A stretch of 64,000 nucleotides of DNA from Octopus sinensis (Eukaryota), in contig NC_043002.1 of the NCBI RefSeq assembly GCF_006345805.1, positions 84,010,001 to 84,074,000 on the forward strand, in the 5' to 3' direction. The notes under the pieces are model-generated. The model did no database searches. It saw nothing but the letters and a program-made list of their open reading frames with translations, and was not told the DNA's origin. Each line of letters opens with the position of its first letter. Positions within the stretch are counted from its first letter, which is position 1. Position numbers and translations under genes: made by a program. Of this stretch, positions 37,291-50,817 are shown piece by piece.

Positions 37291-40200
37291 TGAAAACTCT
37301 GTTCAAGAAGTAAGTAAAGAATATGTTCCAAAATTTTAATTCTGAATTTAATTTTTATTATAAAATTACATCTCTCAACAGCTAAATGCATCTGTTTTGG
37401 CTTTAGAATTATTGCATATATGTTCAAATGTTTTTCATTAAATCAAACCTTTTACTTTCTTTTTTCTATTTTTCATCATTCTGTCAAATACTTGAAATAG
37501 GAAAGTGGGACAAAATGAGTAATTTCCAATTTCTTGTAATTTTTACCCTATCTGTTTGAAACCATTACATTGCAAGTATTGCATGCCAATTCCATATCCC
37601 AAAGGCCTCATCTTTGGGAGTAAAAATTGGTCGGTATAGTTGTTGAAGTTGTGAGAGTTTGAAACATAAGATGACAGATACTCTTTTCCAAAAGTTTTGT
37701 GTCGACTTTGAGTTGACTGTAACTGAAGTTGTTAATAGAATATCTGGATAATTTTTGGTGGTTGAGGCAAGTGAAATCAATCAAAAGCAAAATCGAAATC
37801 AAAATCAAATTCGATGACTGGCATCCGTGCTAGCAGGGTGCAAAAAGCACCATACGTGATCATTGACAGAGCGGCTAAGCGGCTTCTGTGCCAGTGGCAC
37901 TTAAAGGGCACCATTCGAGTGTGATCGTTACCACTGTCGCCTTACTGACATTTGTGCCCGTGCTAGTAGGGCGCCAAGAGCACCATCCGAGTGTGATCAT
38001 TGCCAGAGCAACCAACTGGCTTCCGTGCCAGTGGCACGTAAAAGGGCACCATTTGAGTGTGATCATTACCAACGTCGCCTTACTGGCACCTGTGCTGGTG
38101 GCATGTGTAAAAGGATTACCAGTACTGCCTGACTGGCCCCCGTGCCGGTGGCACATAAAAAGCACCCACTACACTTTCGGAGTGGTTGGCATTAGGAAGA
38201 GCATCCAGCTGTAGAAACTCTGCCAAATCAAGATTGGAGCCTGGTGCAGCCATCTGGTTCGCCAGCCTTCAGTCAAAATCGTCCAACCCATGCTAACATG
38301 GAAAACAGACATTAAACGATGATGATGATAATTCTTTTCTCACTTGGATTCCACATCAATTTTTACCCACACTAATTTCAATTTCATAGTTTTCAAGTAT
38401 CAAAAAATGATGTCTAAAATGGGATAAAATGAGTAATATCTAATTTCAATAATTTCCTCTCTTTAATTACATTGTGCATAAATATATATGGAAGAAAGCC
38501 ACTCCAGCAGATCATGAAGAAGCTATAGTGAATATTTTATGTTGAGTTTTAAGATTTAGTCAAGTTTCATTAATTTCATATCATGTGTCATTTTTCTTTG
38601 TTTCTCTTTCATTTGATCAAGATATTTTACACTTTTTTTGCATTTCTGATGTCTAAGGATGGATACAGATGTGTATAAATCTTTTTCAAATGTAATTCCA
38701 GAGAAATGAAGAGGCTAATTTACCTTATCTTGTCTTACTCATTTTGTCTTTTATATGCTCAGAGAACAGTGATAATTTTCTGAAATAATGTTTTGGATAT
38801 GTTAGAGTGCTTTTACTGAATTTAGAGAAGGTCAATTTGCTTAGCTGATATTTTTTTTTTTTGTAAGATAGTGAACATTCTCTCATGCACCAAATGTCAA
38901 TTGCTAAAAAGCATTCGTGAAGTAAAATCATGTAGCAACACCGAATGGCAGTGCCCCAGCATGGCCACAGCTCGTGAGCTGAAACTAGATAAAATGATAA
39001 AATGATTCATAAGAAATATATTTGTTTTCAAAGTTAAAACTGCTGTAAATATTACTCATTGTGCACCCCCAACCACTCCTACTAGAAAGTGAAAAAGCAG
39101 ATTTTTATGGGAATAGCTGTCCCATATAAGTTTGAATTTCTGTTTCTATCGGGTTTTTCCCCTTCTTTTGTGCATTACAAAACAATGAAGGGAAGACTTT
39201 TGAAAAAAAAAATCTTTAAAAATCCATGTCTTTTAAATGTTGGTTTCCCCACCCCTTCACACACACATGCATTGTGCCTTTGGAACAGCAACAACCACTA
39301 AAATGACTTTCATTCTTTTTTGTAATATTCTATCATTTAATCATATTCTACATTCAGAAACATTTGAAAAATTTTAGCACCTCTCCTTCCTTCATTGTAC
39401 TTTTCACAATGAAGGAAAAGTCAAACACTGCAAGTGGATGTGTGGAAAACAAAATTTGAATTTTTAAACATGTATCTTATAAAGTGACATTTTCAGTTGT
39501 TTATTTAAAATAACTCATCAAATTCAATTACACTGAGATTTAAATTTGGTAATTTTCCAAGACTTTAATTCTTCCATATAAGGGGCCCACCAAACTTGAA
39601 GTGCCTCAGACCACCCATTGTTTAAATCCAATCTTGACTGTAGAACAACTGAAAGATTCATGAATTTCAAATAGTCTTCTTATATTGTAATTTCATTTAC
39701 ATTTAGGAGGCTTTGTAAAAATTCTATTGCGCTATTATCAGTTTCAGCCAGAGGTTGTGACCATGCTGGGGCACTGCCATTACTGCTAATGTTTGTTTAT
39801 TTTAGACTCACTTCCCAGTCCTGTTTTCAGAATTGGTCCTGGTGAAGAAATGAGTTGATCAGGGCTGTTCTTCTTTGCGTTTCTTGCAGTGATGTGTGAT
39901 GGGGATTTATCAGCTCTATCAGATAGAAATTTGTTTAATTTGTCTTTGAACACATCCATATCTACATCTGAGGCTTTTTGGCATAGTATTGAAAAGTTGC
40001 GAGTCTATGAAGCCTATTCTGATACAATAATGGACTTTACTCTGCGCGCCTTTCATCCTTCCAGGGTCGATAAATTAAGTACCAGCTACGCACTGGGGTC
40101 AATGTAATCAACTTAATACCTTTGTCTGTCCTAGGAAGATATGTGATGAAGTGGTGAAGCCTGATTTCAGGATTCTCAACCATATAGAGATGACAAGGGA

Positions 40201-41793
40201 CCAGTGACTGGTGATTTGTGGTTCTCAAGAAGACCCACCAAATTCAGCAAAACTAAGTTCTAGAAGCACAGTGTGAGCACATGTATGCACAACTGGACCT
40301 TTGCCCAATTTCCTCCTCAAAACACCACCACCAGTCATCTGCCTAATTACACTGTTTCCTTGATATCAGTAATCTTTTAACTACCCAAAATCATTTCACT
40401 CAGTATGCATCTTTTATGCTTAAATTGTTCTTCCCAACCCACCTTTTCTATCACCATATTTTTCACTCTCCCCATGTGCTATACCTATCTCTGTTCCTAC
40501 ACACTCTGGCAACTGACCCCACCATATGTCATTTCTCTCTGTTACCCTTTCCCTGTCTACTGTCTCATAATTATTATTCTGTTGCTATTCATTCATCTAT
40601 TCCTCAACACCTGTTTATCATTCTTTACACTGTGTAACAAAATTTAAAATTTTTTAAAATCTTTTTGGCTTATCAGTAAGTGCTATTTCCTATTTACTTC
40701 TATCTAGAATTACTATTATTCCCTTCAAACTTTGCTTATGTAACCAGGACATCAATGTTTTGAAACTAACCTATTTTCCATTACATTTCAGAGAGATTCA
40801 GCACTGAGTTGCTGAAGCAGAAATATCATTGTAGCAAATATTCTGTTTAATATCACAGACTTGCTTCACCTTAACCACTTGAGTATGTCCTTTAGTGGCT
40901 GACAATATATACATCTCTGATCATGAGCAAGAGTAGTGAGAGAGCATTATGGCCATGTATTGAGAAGGATTCTTTGGGATTTGAATAAACATAACAAATG
41001 CAAAGTTTGAAGGAAATATTAGCCATTTTTCATACTTTCTAGGAATAGGCAAATAGGAAATAACAGTTGCTACCCAAGGACAAAACTCATGTTACACAGT
41101 GTTATATTCATCCTTGGCAGCGAGTTGGCAGAATCGTCAGCACACTGGGCACAAAACTTAGAGTGATTTATTCCATCTTGTTATGTTCTGAGTTCCAATC
41201 CTGCTGAAGTCAACTGCTGAAGAAGCGTAGTTTTGTGGTTAGTTTATTCAGCTTATAATAATAAAGTTGTGAGTTCAATTCCTAGTGGCACATTGTGTCT
41301 TTGATCAAGACACATTACTTCATGTTGCTGTAGACCTCTCAATCAGCAAAAATGAGTTGCATCTGTAATTCAAAGGGTCAGCCTTTGTGTGTCACACTGA
41401 ATCTCCATGAGAACTACATTAAGGATAAACAAGTTTGTGGAGTGTTCAGTCACTTGCATGTTAATTTCACGAGCAAGCTTTTTCACTGATTGAATCAACT
41501 GGGCACCTTATCATCATAAATGATGGTGAACCAGTTATTATAGTCATGCCACTTAACTCATTCCCCATCCCTCACTTTCCCATAGAATGTCTATCCACCT
41601 ACACATTTCTTGTCTCCATTCACTTCATACCTGAAGGGCCACCCAGACACATTATCCTCAACATTTGTATTTTTTCCCCAGCTCCACCCAGATCATCACC
41701 ACCTTCTCTTTCAAAATATGAGTAGCTAAGAAACCTACTAGGGGGACTGTTCTTGTTGGGTGGCAGATTTAATCAGTCACCCAGTTTAATACT

Positions 41794-43162
41794 ACCACCT
41801 GGTCCTTACATGTCTTCAGCCAAGTTCACTCTATTGCAAACATTCTGAACAAATCTATGGTTCGAAAATAACTTCTCCCTTTCTCCAACTAGTCTTACAG
41901 TTCCATAAAAAGTTAAAAACCCTAGTCTTTCCCCCTTAGACTAAGCCATTAAAAAATAAAATTATATGTAGTTGAGACGTCAACAAAAGTGGTAAAATAT
42001 ATTTGATTTATCTTTAATTCTCATAAAATAAAATTAAAACATAATTTGATATAAATGTATGGTAACTCTTATACGTATGTAAGAGTTAACATAACATTAG
42101 AGTTAGAAGTTAACTTTCCATCACTTCTATTGAATAAGGAGAATCATCTTTAGTACGCCTCATATATTTATCCTCTTCAGCACGGGTATTGTTGTTGTAA
42201 TTATCAAGTAATTTTAGGTTTAGAAGTTTAGGCTGAGGCCTCTGAAGAATATAGCACCAGGACATAAAACTATTGTTGTTGGAAATAACTGATATCTTTT
42301 CACGTTTGTAAGTATCTGGATGACTTTCAAGTTCATCTAGTCGTTTGAGCATCTTCTCATCTACATCATAGACTTCACCAGATATAAACTGCAAAACATA
42401 TAAAAGTTATAATACTACTAAGGAAAAGCAATTCTCGAAACATTTATTTTGATATACATTACTTAATTTTATCCCAAATTTAAGGCATTTATATATATTG
42501 TGCTTAACTACAATCACTCAGGTAAATTTTCCATAAGTTCCAGGATACAGCAATTTTTAGACAAACACACAGAGAACAAGATTCAGTAAATTATCACTAA
42601 ACCAAATACCATTCATAAAACATATGTTGACTAACACAGTGCAATTTGGAGAGTGGAAGCTTTGTTCTGAAGTCAGACATGTGTATGTGCATCTGTAAAC
42701 TACTGTATATCAGTGTTCAGGAAATACATTGATGGACACTTCAATTTTCATTGTACCAATATGCATATATGTATACAAGCAAAACACAAAATCACAGCAT
42801 AAGTACTTTTGGCATGACTCCTTTCACAAACATTCTGTCAATTATGCAAATACTACTTTTATTCTTTCACAAAGTTGTCTTGTTTCACAAACTACAATCC
42901 TAGATTCCAAAATTCCTTATTATTTGGATGATTAGAGAAACAGCTGTTTCTAGCATGGGTGCAAGGCAAGAAATTTCAGGAAGGGGTTAATTGATTGCAT
43001 CAACCTCATTTCTTGACTGGTACTTTAATTTTATTGATCCTCCAAGGATGAAAGGCAACAGTATTTGAACTCAAATCATAAGAAGTGTTAACTGAATACT
43101 GCAAAACATTTTATCCAACACATTTTCAATTCTGCAAGTCTTTGCTTGCTTAGAGAAATAAA
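41794..43162. repeat. Tandem segmental duplication, copy A
   Basis: Direct repeat of 34995-36343, about 6.8 kb apart. Confidence 0.92.
42110..42388 (-). CDS. GGACT: GGACT terminal coding exon, proximal copy (2A)
   Basis: Acceptor ttttgcag|, phase 0, 92 aa plus TAA: FISGEVYDVDEKMLKRLDELESHP... Matches the GEVYxVD...LDxxE catalytic region; joined to exon 1 it gives 157 aa. Confidence 0.93.
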   Translation of the reverse strand, partial: FISGEVYDVDEKMLKRLDELESHPDTYKREKISVISNNNSFMSWCYILQRPQPKLLNLKLLDNYNNNTRAEEDKYMRRTKDDSPYSIEVMES

Positions 43163-44203
43163 CTTTTCTACAACAGGCACAAGGTGTTGAATTTTGTAGG
43201 GAGAGGAGAGTTGATTACATTGACCCCAGTGTTCAAGTGGTACTTAATCTATTGACTTGGAAAAGATGAATGGTAAAGTCAACTTCAGCAAAATTTGAAC
43301 TCAGAATAGAAAGCCAGAAAAATGCTGCTAAGAATTTTGTCTAGCTTGCTAACAATCCTGGCAGCTCACCACCCATTGCTTAGAGAGACATGATGAAATG
43401 ATTTGATATAAAAATAAAATTAAAATGACATAAGACTACAATAGAAGACACTTTATCAAAGTGATGCTCAGCAGGATTGAAATCAGAACCCTATGGTTGC
43501 AAAGTGAAATTCTTAATGACGTAGACATGCTACAAGTTTGTACTTGCCACTTGTAGTGGACAGAGCGATCATTGTAACCACCCTGCAGAGATTTTCAAAC
43601 TGGACCCTAAAACCTATGCATTTCTGCCTTTTATTAAGAATTATAAATTCCAAGAGGAGTGTACCAGAAACATTGGCACATCAGCAAAAATGCTTGGCAG
43701 TAATTTTCCAACCCTCTCATGTTCTGAATTCGAATACCACCAAGATCAACTATGCCTTTCATCTACACGGTGTCTATAAAATAAAGTACTGGCCATCTAC
43801 TAGAGCTGATGTAATCGACTTACTCTCCTCCTCTAATACTGCTGGTCTTGAACCAAAATTTGAAGCTGTTAAAGATGGCAAACTGGCAGAATGTTAGCAG
43901 GCTGAAAATACTTAGTAGCATCTCTTATGGCATTACATCCTAAGTTCAAAGTCTGCCAGAGTTAACTTTCCTTACATTCTTTCAGGATTGATAAAATAAC
44001 AATAGGTTGAGCATTGAAGTCAAGGTAATGTACTAGGCCATCCCCAAAATTCAGGCCTTGTGTCTATCGTAGAAAGGATTATGAATTATAAATTTTCATC
44101 TTGTTAACATTTCTGCTTGCAAGTTCAAGTTTGAGAAAATGCGCACCTTTCCACTTTTTGTTTTAACATTTATTCTCCCTTCTCTCCAAAGACTTGTTTC
44201 CAA

Positions 44204-44510
44204 CTAGCAGTATCGCCCGGCGTTGCTCGGGTTTGTAAGGGAAATAACTATATAAGCATTTTTAGAGAGTTACTTCCCTTATATAACCCGAGAAAAAAAT
44301 CATTAAAAATGCGGAAAAATGATGGTAAATTTTTTTTTAATCGTAGACTCATCATAGACGCACGCTAATACCCAGAAGGGCTCGATATGAATGATGACTA
44401 TAAGATACCTGCTTTTGGTTAAACTGCACCGCAAAATGTGGGAGTAGTTAGGAATCTAAATCGGAGGAGACAGAGTCTCACACACACAACTTCAATTTTA
44501 TATATAAAGA
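44204..44510 (-). mobile_element. Short non-autonomous Helitron
   Basis: Minus strand A|TCTTTATATATAAAA ... CCCGAGCAACGCCGGG..CTAG|T; body matches ~5458-5690. Confidence 0.88.
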
Positions 44511-45336
44511 TATCCTCTTGTTTGGTTTCACTCCAAATGTTTTATCTTGACATTAAGGAAGATAGATGTCATTTAGAACATATATTATTTGCTTCTGATA
44601 GACATTAATTAAAGGCCAAAATTTTAGCACCGACTGTCAAAACTAAAAGGCTGATAACTTATTCTTTTTAACTTGGTTTGACAAGCTATAAACTATAGTA
44701 GTTCTCTTGATTTGAATGGCTAAACTACTTCTGATATTTTGATTCTTTTATCAAGAAAAGTATTTATAAAAAAAATTTTATGAAGTAAATCTTAGTAAGT
44801 TAAGCAAAGTGTTGCATTGTTAATCTTTGTACTGATAAAATCCTATTTGTAATCAACACTTCTAGATATAGTTTGAGCTATTCTTCAGATGATAACACTA
44901 TTTATGTATACTGTTTATATTAGGCGGATTGATGTCTTCATCTTTCCTGTTGATTTCACTGTTGTATCCTCCAGCCTTCTTCAGGTGTCTTGTGTTGAAC
45001 TCAGTTGTTTTATCAGAATTTTGAACCCATCCCTTTATTTGATCTGCAGAGGTCCACTATTCTCATTACACTCTCTGTGTTTTCTGACTTTCTTTTATTT
45101 ACTTCACTCTCTTTACTCTTTTACTTGTTTCAGTCATTTGACTGCGACCATGCTGGAGCACCACCTATAATCGAGCAACTCGACCCCAGGACTTATTCTT
45201 TTGTAAGCCCAGTACTTATTCTATCGGTCTCTTTTGCTGAACCGCTAAGTAACGGGGACAAAAATACACCAGCGTCGGTTGTCAAGCAATACTAGAGGGA
45301 CAAACACAAACACACAAGCACACACACGCATATATA

Positions 45337-47150
45337 TCATCATCATCATCATCATCATCATCGTTTAACGTCCGCTTTCCATGCTAGCATGGGTTGGATG
45401 GTTCAACTGGGGTCTGGCAAGCCCGAAGGCTGCACCAGGCCAGTCAGATCTGGCAGTGTTTCTACAGCTGGATGCCCTTCCTAACGCCAACCACTCCGAG
45501 AGTGTAGTGGGTGATTTTATGTGCCACCGACACAGATGCCAGACGAGGCTGGCAGACGGCCACGCTCGGATGGTGTTTTTTATGTGCCACCGACACAGGT
45601 GCCAGACGAGGCTGGTAGACGGCCACGCTCGGATGGTGTTTTTTATGTGCCACCGACACAGGTGCCAGACGAGGCTGGCAGACGGCCATGCTCGGATGGT
45701 GTTTTTTTTTGTGCCACCGACACAGGTGCCAGACGAGGCTGGCAGACGGCCACGCTCGGATGGTGTTTTCCTATGTGTCACCGGCACAGGTGCCAGACGA
45801 GGCTGGCGAACGGCCACGCTCGGATGGTGTTTGTTACGTGCCCTCAGCATGGAGGCCAGTCGATGCGGTACTGGCTACGGTCACGTTCAGATGGTTTTCT
45901 TATGTGCCACCGGCACTGGTACCATAAAAGGATACAAATAGGATACGAATTCCATTGATGTACATCTATTTTGATTTGGTTTTGATTTTGATTTTCACTT
46001 GCCTCAACAGGTCTTCTCAAGTGTCACAATAAGGAAGGTATGCACAGGTGGACTGACTACGTCCCAGGTAGGGGCCACGGGATATGGCTTCACTAGTCTT
46101 GCCAGGTCTTCTCACGCACAGCATACTTCCATAGGTCTCGGTCTCTAGTCATTTCCATGGTGAGACCTAACGTCCGAAGGTCGTGCTTCACCACCTCGTC
46201 CCAGGTTTTCCTGGGTCTACCTCTTCCACGGGTTCCCTCAACTGCTAGGGATTGGCACTTTCTCACACACCTATCTTCATCCATTCTCGCCACATGACCA
46301 TACCAGCGCAATCGTCTCTCTTGCACACCACAACTGATGCTTCTTAGGTACAACATTTCTCTCAAGGTACTAACGCTCTGTCGAGTAAGTACACTGACAT
46401 TACACATCCATCGGAGCATACTGGCTTCATTCTTCACGAGCTTACGCATGTCCTCAGCAGTCACAGCCCATGTTTCACTGCCATGTAGCATAGCTGTTCG
46501 TACACATGCATCATACAGTCTGCCTTTTACTCTGAGCGAGAGGCCTTTAGTCACCAGCAGAGGTAAGAGCTCCCTAAACTTTGCCCAGGCTATTCTTATT
46601 CTAGCAGTTACACTTTCAGCGCACCCACCCCCACTACTGACTTGGTCACCTAGATAGCGGAAGCTATCAACTACTTCTAGTTTTTTCCCCCCGGAAAGTG
46701 ACGGAAGTTGTTTTCTGCAGATTTTCGGAGGTCAATGCTCCTGAGCATCTGCCACATACAAAAACTATCTTCCCAGTTAGCCTACCTTTGACATTGCTGC
46801 ACCTCTTATGTGTCCATAGCTTACACTGGGTACATCTTATAGAGTTTCTACCTACACCTTTTCTACAGATCGAGCAGGGCCATCTTCCTGAGGATATTTG
46901 TGGATTGTCTACCTTTCTACTTATTAGTACTTTGGTTTTAGCTAGGTTGACTCTAAGGTCCCTCGATTCTAAACCCTCCTTCCACACCTGGAACTTCTGC
47001 TCCAGTTCTGATAGTGACTCAGCAATTAGAGCGAGGTCGTCAGCATAGAGGAGCTCCCAAGGGCAGCCTGTCTTGAATTCCTCCACAATTGCCTGGAGGA
47101 CTATGATAAATAGGAGGGGGCTGAGTACTGAACCCTGGTGGACCCCAATA
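45337..47150 (-). mobile_element. 5'-truncated RTE-clade LINE, relatively young, in the GGACT intron
   Basis: GVHQGSVLSP, LLYADDL, an internal Cys-rich segment and LHGSETW..RRLRWYGHV; 3' UTR and (GAT)n tail; catatata TSD. Interrupts a SINE (45115-45330 and 47150-47315). Confidence 0.92.
45515..45835. repeat. 63-bp tandem repeat (x5) in the LINE 3' UTR
   Basis: gtgccacc recurs at 45521, 45584, 45647, 45711 and 45775. Confidence 0.9.
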
Positions 47151-47985
47151 CATATATACAACGGGCTTCTTTCAGTTTCCGTCTACCAAATCCACTCACA
47201 AGGCTTTGGTCGGCCCAAGGCTATAGTAGAAGACACTTGCCCAAGGTGCCACGCAGTGGGACTGAACCCGGAACCATGTGGTTGGTAAACAAGCTACTTA
47301 CCACACAGCCACTCCTTCAGTCGATTTTTTTTGTGAATTATTTTAATGTCTTGCTTGGGATTGAACTCAAAACCTCTAGGTGGCTGTACAGCATTAACCA
47401 ATTCGTTTTGACTCGAAAAAATGTACACACTGAATTCTGTAGTTTTCGTGGGGTGTTACTCTGAAAATTTACCCTTGTTTTCCGCGAAAAAAAAAAATCC
47501 GATTGTTTTTGTTTTTTTCCTTAAAGAAAATTGTGCTGGTGAAAAGATCAATGGGGTTGGGGGTGAAATTTCTGAGGCTTCCACCTCACCCTGTTTTTCG
47601 GACCAAAACGGTTTTCACAACTCATTAGCTTTCTCTTCTCATTCTCTTGTCAACTGACACGTGATCACGGAATCAAGTCAAAACGAAAGAGAGCCATTAT
47701 TTCTATCATATATCGCAATAAAATGAACAAATATAATAAATTTTATTTTTAAAAAATAGATTAAAAACAATCAAGAATTCACAGAGGAATCGTTAAGTCA
47801 ATATTTCGGGACCCTTGTATTGGGCTGGTACCACGTAATTTCCCTACACACACTGAGTTCTTAAAAATCTAAAACTTTTTAGGGGCGGAGGTATAGAATA
47901 CTAACCGTTTCGCCAAGAAAATTAAAATCAATTTTATGTTTAGATTATTTTGTGTTTCGAGATTCACTGTTCCAAGAAATATATA

Positions 47986-48478
47986 CCGTAAATCCTCAAG
48001 TATAATCTGCATTTTTTCCCCAAAATTTAAAGGTCAAAATCTCTAGTGCGTATTATACACGAGGTTAAAAAAATTATTTTCTAAGCAATGTTCAAGCCTC
48101 TATTTGCTGTCCGGCAATGTTTATTCAGACACAAATTTTGTGATGTTGGGCGCGAAAATACCTTAAGCTAAGCCTGAAAGCAATGAAGTCATAAAAGAAT
48201 CATCTATAACTTGCAGTAAGCAACATTTATTAAACATTATTACTGTTATTTCTTTATTTTCTGCAAACAAAATGCACAAAAAAGCTATACGTTTGCATTA
48301 TGTTATATATACAATAATAATAAAGGACGTTATCGTATACATTTTTACAAACCAAGGACGTTATATAGACCTCCTTGACTCAAGTTAGAGAAGGGGTGCG
48401 TATTATACACAAGGTTTAGGCTTTTCAGAGGTACAGCCCCCTAAAAATCCCCTGCGTATTATACTCGAGGATTTACGG
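47986..48478. mobile_element. Tc1/mariner-superfamily (Tc2/pogo-like) MITE
   Basis: TA|CCGTAAATCCTC(A/G)AGTATAAT TIRs at both ends. Confidence 0.8.
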
Positions 48479-49293
48479 TGTTTATAAAGTAACAAGTTTC
48501 AAAACGAAGCAAAAATTATAAACTTTTCAATAATTATCAAGCACGTGTAATACTATATATACATCTAAATTGTTACCATATACGAGTCATGTATTGTCAA
48601 TTTGTAAGTACATTATTGTTTCAATACTTTATAATTTATATTTTACTGAAATGAACTGTTTGCCTTGTGAGAACCACCAATGGATATCACTGCTTGTTTG
48701 GCAAACTTAATGGCAACAGGTTGGCGAGGCACGTTGGGAACTATTATCCCTCCACTTCCAAGTTCATTTCTGAATTTGGCAGGAGTTATAACCAAAAGAC
48801 GGGTTCACATGGGGCCATTATGGTAATTGTTCCTGACTGCTATTCAGTCACAGTATAAAAACAAAAAAAGCTGATGACAAGCTGGAGTGTTGACATCATT
48901 TATTTAAACTTTACACGTTTTCATTCATAAAATAATAATAATAAAAAAATCAAATGAAAAATGTCATGTATATTATTGAAATATAATATAGATGGCATCT
49001 GTCATTCGTGTGATTTTCTGAATTTATTTACTCGGTAAGTTATAATCCAGAAAAAGTCACCAATTCGGTGAACTCCGTTACAGTACTTCGGTCGATCAAC
49101 CATTTATAACTATGGTAAATTTACTTCCTGGTTCGTCAAAATTTACAAGTCAAAGAATAAAATATAAATAAAACAAAGAATAAAATGTTAAATCTAAATT
49201 TCTCAAAGTTGTTAAGCGTATTTTTATTTCCTGTAACTGTTTAATTTTTTGTTTACTAGAAATAAGGGATAAATGGCAAACCGAGGAGTTAAC

Positions 49294-49730
49294 TTATTTC
49301 TTTATTGCCCACAAGGGGCTAAACACAGAGGGGACAAACAAGGACAGACAAATGGATTAAGTCGATTACATCGACCGCAGTGCGTAACTGGTACTTAATT
49401 TATCGACTCCGAAAGGATGAAAGGCAAAGTCGACTTCGGCGAAATTTGAACTCAGAATGTAACAGCAGACCAAATATTTATTTCTTTACTACCCACAAGG
49501 GGCTAAACACAGAGAGGACAAACAAGGACAGACAAACGGATTAAGTTGATTACATCGACCCCAGTGCGTAACTGGTACTTAATTTATCGACCCCGAAAGG
49601 ATGAAAGGTTAAGTCGACCTCGGCGGAATTTGAACTCGGGGCGTAACGGCAGACGAAATACTGCTACGCATTTCGCCCGGCGTGCTAACGTTTCTGCCAG
49701 CTCGCCGCCTTAAAAACAATTACGAACTTG
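49294..49730 (-). mobile_element. Dimeric Nin-domain SINE in GGACT intron 1
   Basis: 13-bp TSD ccgaggagttaac (49281-49293 and 49731-49743). Confidence 0.85.
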
Positions 49731-50075
49731 CCGAGGAGTTAACCGACAAGAAAAAGTTGGAAGATTACTGCATTAGATTATTAGTCTTGTTACGGTTGGA
49801 GCATCTTTGATCACATATCGAGAAAGACCCAGGGCTAAACAACAACGTAAACACGAGTGACGTATATATATATATCGAAACTATGTAAAATGCATCGGCA
49901 TTCGTACATTGTTTAATGTCTCATTTTTCAAAACTGAAATTACATTAATTTAATCTTGAATGGGATCGTGGATTTTTTCGGTTTGAACGGCAGTTTTTAA
50001 CATAATTTCTAAGTAACTAAAGATCCTGGATCGTTAAAAAATACAATAAAATAAATTTGGTGTATTAACACTTAC

Positions 50076-50270
50076 GTTTCCTTTCCCTTCAAATGGTAAC
50101 AGAAAAGGGATGTTATATTGAGAAGCAACGACCAACGGGTATCGAAGGGCAGTAGTTGCATCGCCTATAAATTTAGCCAAACCATGTGTTACATTTTCTA
50201 ACACAAAATGATTGGGTTGACCACGTTTGAGTGTACCATAGACGAAGACACGTTCCAGTTGAACCGTCAT
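50076..50270 (-). CDS. GGACT: GGACT-like (gamma-glutamylamine cyclotransferase / AIG2-like), coding exon 1
   Basis: ATG at 50270 gives MTVQLERVFVYGTLKRGQPNHFVLENVTHGLAKFIGDATTALRYPLVVASQYNIPFLLPFEGKGN (65 aa), with the VFVYGTLKRGQPNH and YPLVV...NIPFL motifs of GGACT/A2LD1. Ends at a phase-0 donor AAC|GTAAGT. The longer track ORF starts at TTG, not ATG. Confidence 0.95.
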
Positions 50271-50817
50271 GATCAGAAGTAAACATACAATAAAGGATAG
50301 GGCGATGTTTCGCAAAACTTGTGCTACGACAACCGAAACGTTGCCAAGGATAGTAAACAAATTAGAGCAATCCTTCGATATAACTCGACAAAACTTTGAC
50401 AATTCTACACTTCTTTTCGGATATCTTCGTGACCTCTGTAACAGCTACTGCGAACTCTGTGTGTGTGTGTGCGCGCGCGCTTGTTCTTGTCTCTGTGTGT
50501 GCCTGTTCTATCACGAAGATATCCGATGTGAATTGTCGAATTGTCACGGAAACAGCCGAGTGTTTGTTTTGGTTTTGTGGAAGGAAACATTTGCTTTGAA
50601 GTGAGAGAGGAAAGTGAAAGATGTATGTACGTGTATATGAAGAATAGTGTGTGTACGTGTGCGCGCGCGCGGTTTTTCTTTTTATCAGCACACAAACACA
50701 TACACCCATTATCTTTCATATACATGTACATACATATGCATGCACCTTTTTTGTATGTGTATGCATATGTGAGTGAAGGTGTGTGTTCTTGTGTATGTAT
50801 TTTTTGACACATTTGTG

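Noticed and set aside
44949-44989. Second hammerhead-like trace (minus strand, acacCTGAAGA...GAAAt)
   Set aside because: Stem II, stem III and the cleavage triplet are too degenerate; at most a Penelope pseudo-LTR relic.
45365-45958. ORFs with 21-aa repeats
   Set aside because: Translations of the 63-bp LINE 3' UTR repeat.
50271-50402. Hydrophobic N-terminal extension of GGACT in the ORF track
   Set aside because: Starts at TTG; the ATG at 50270 gives the normal family length.
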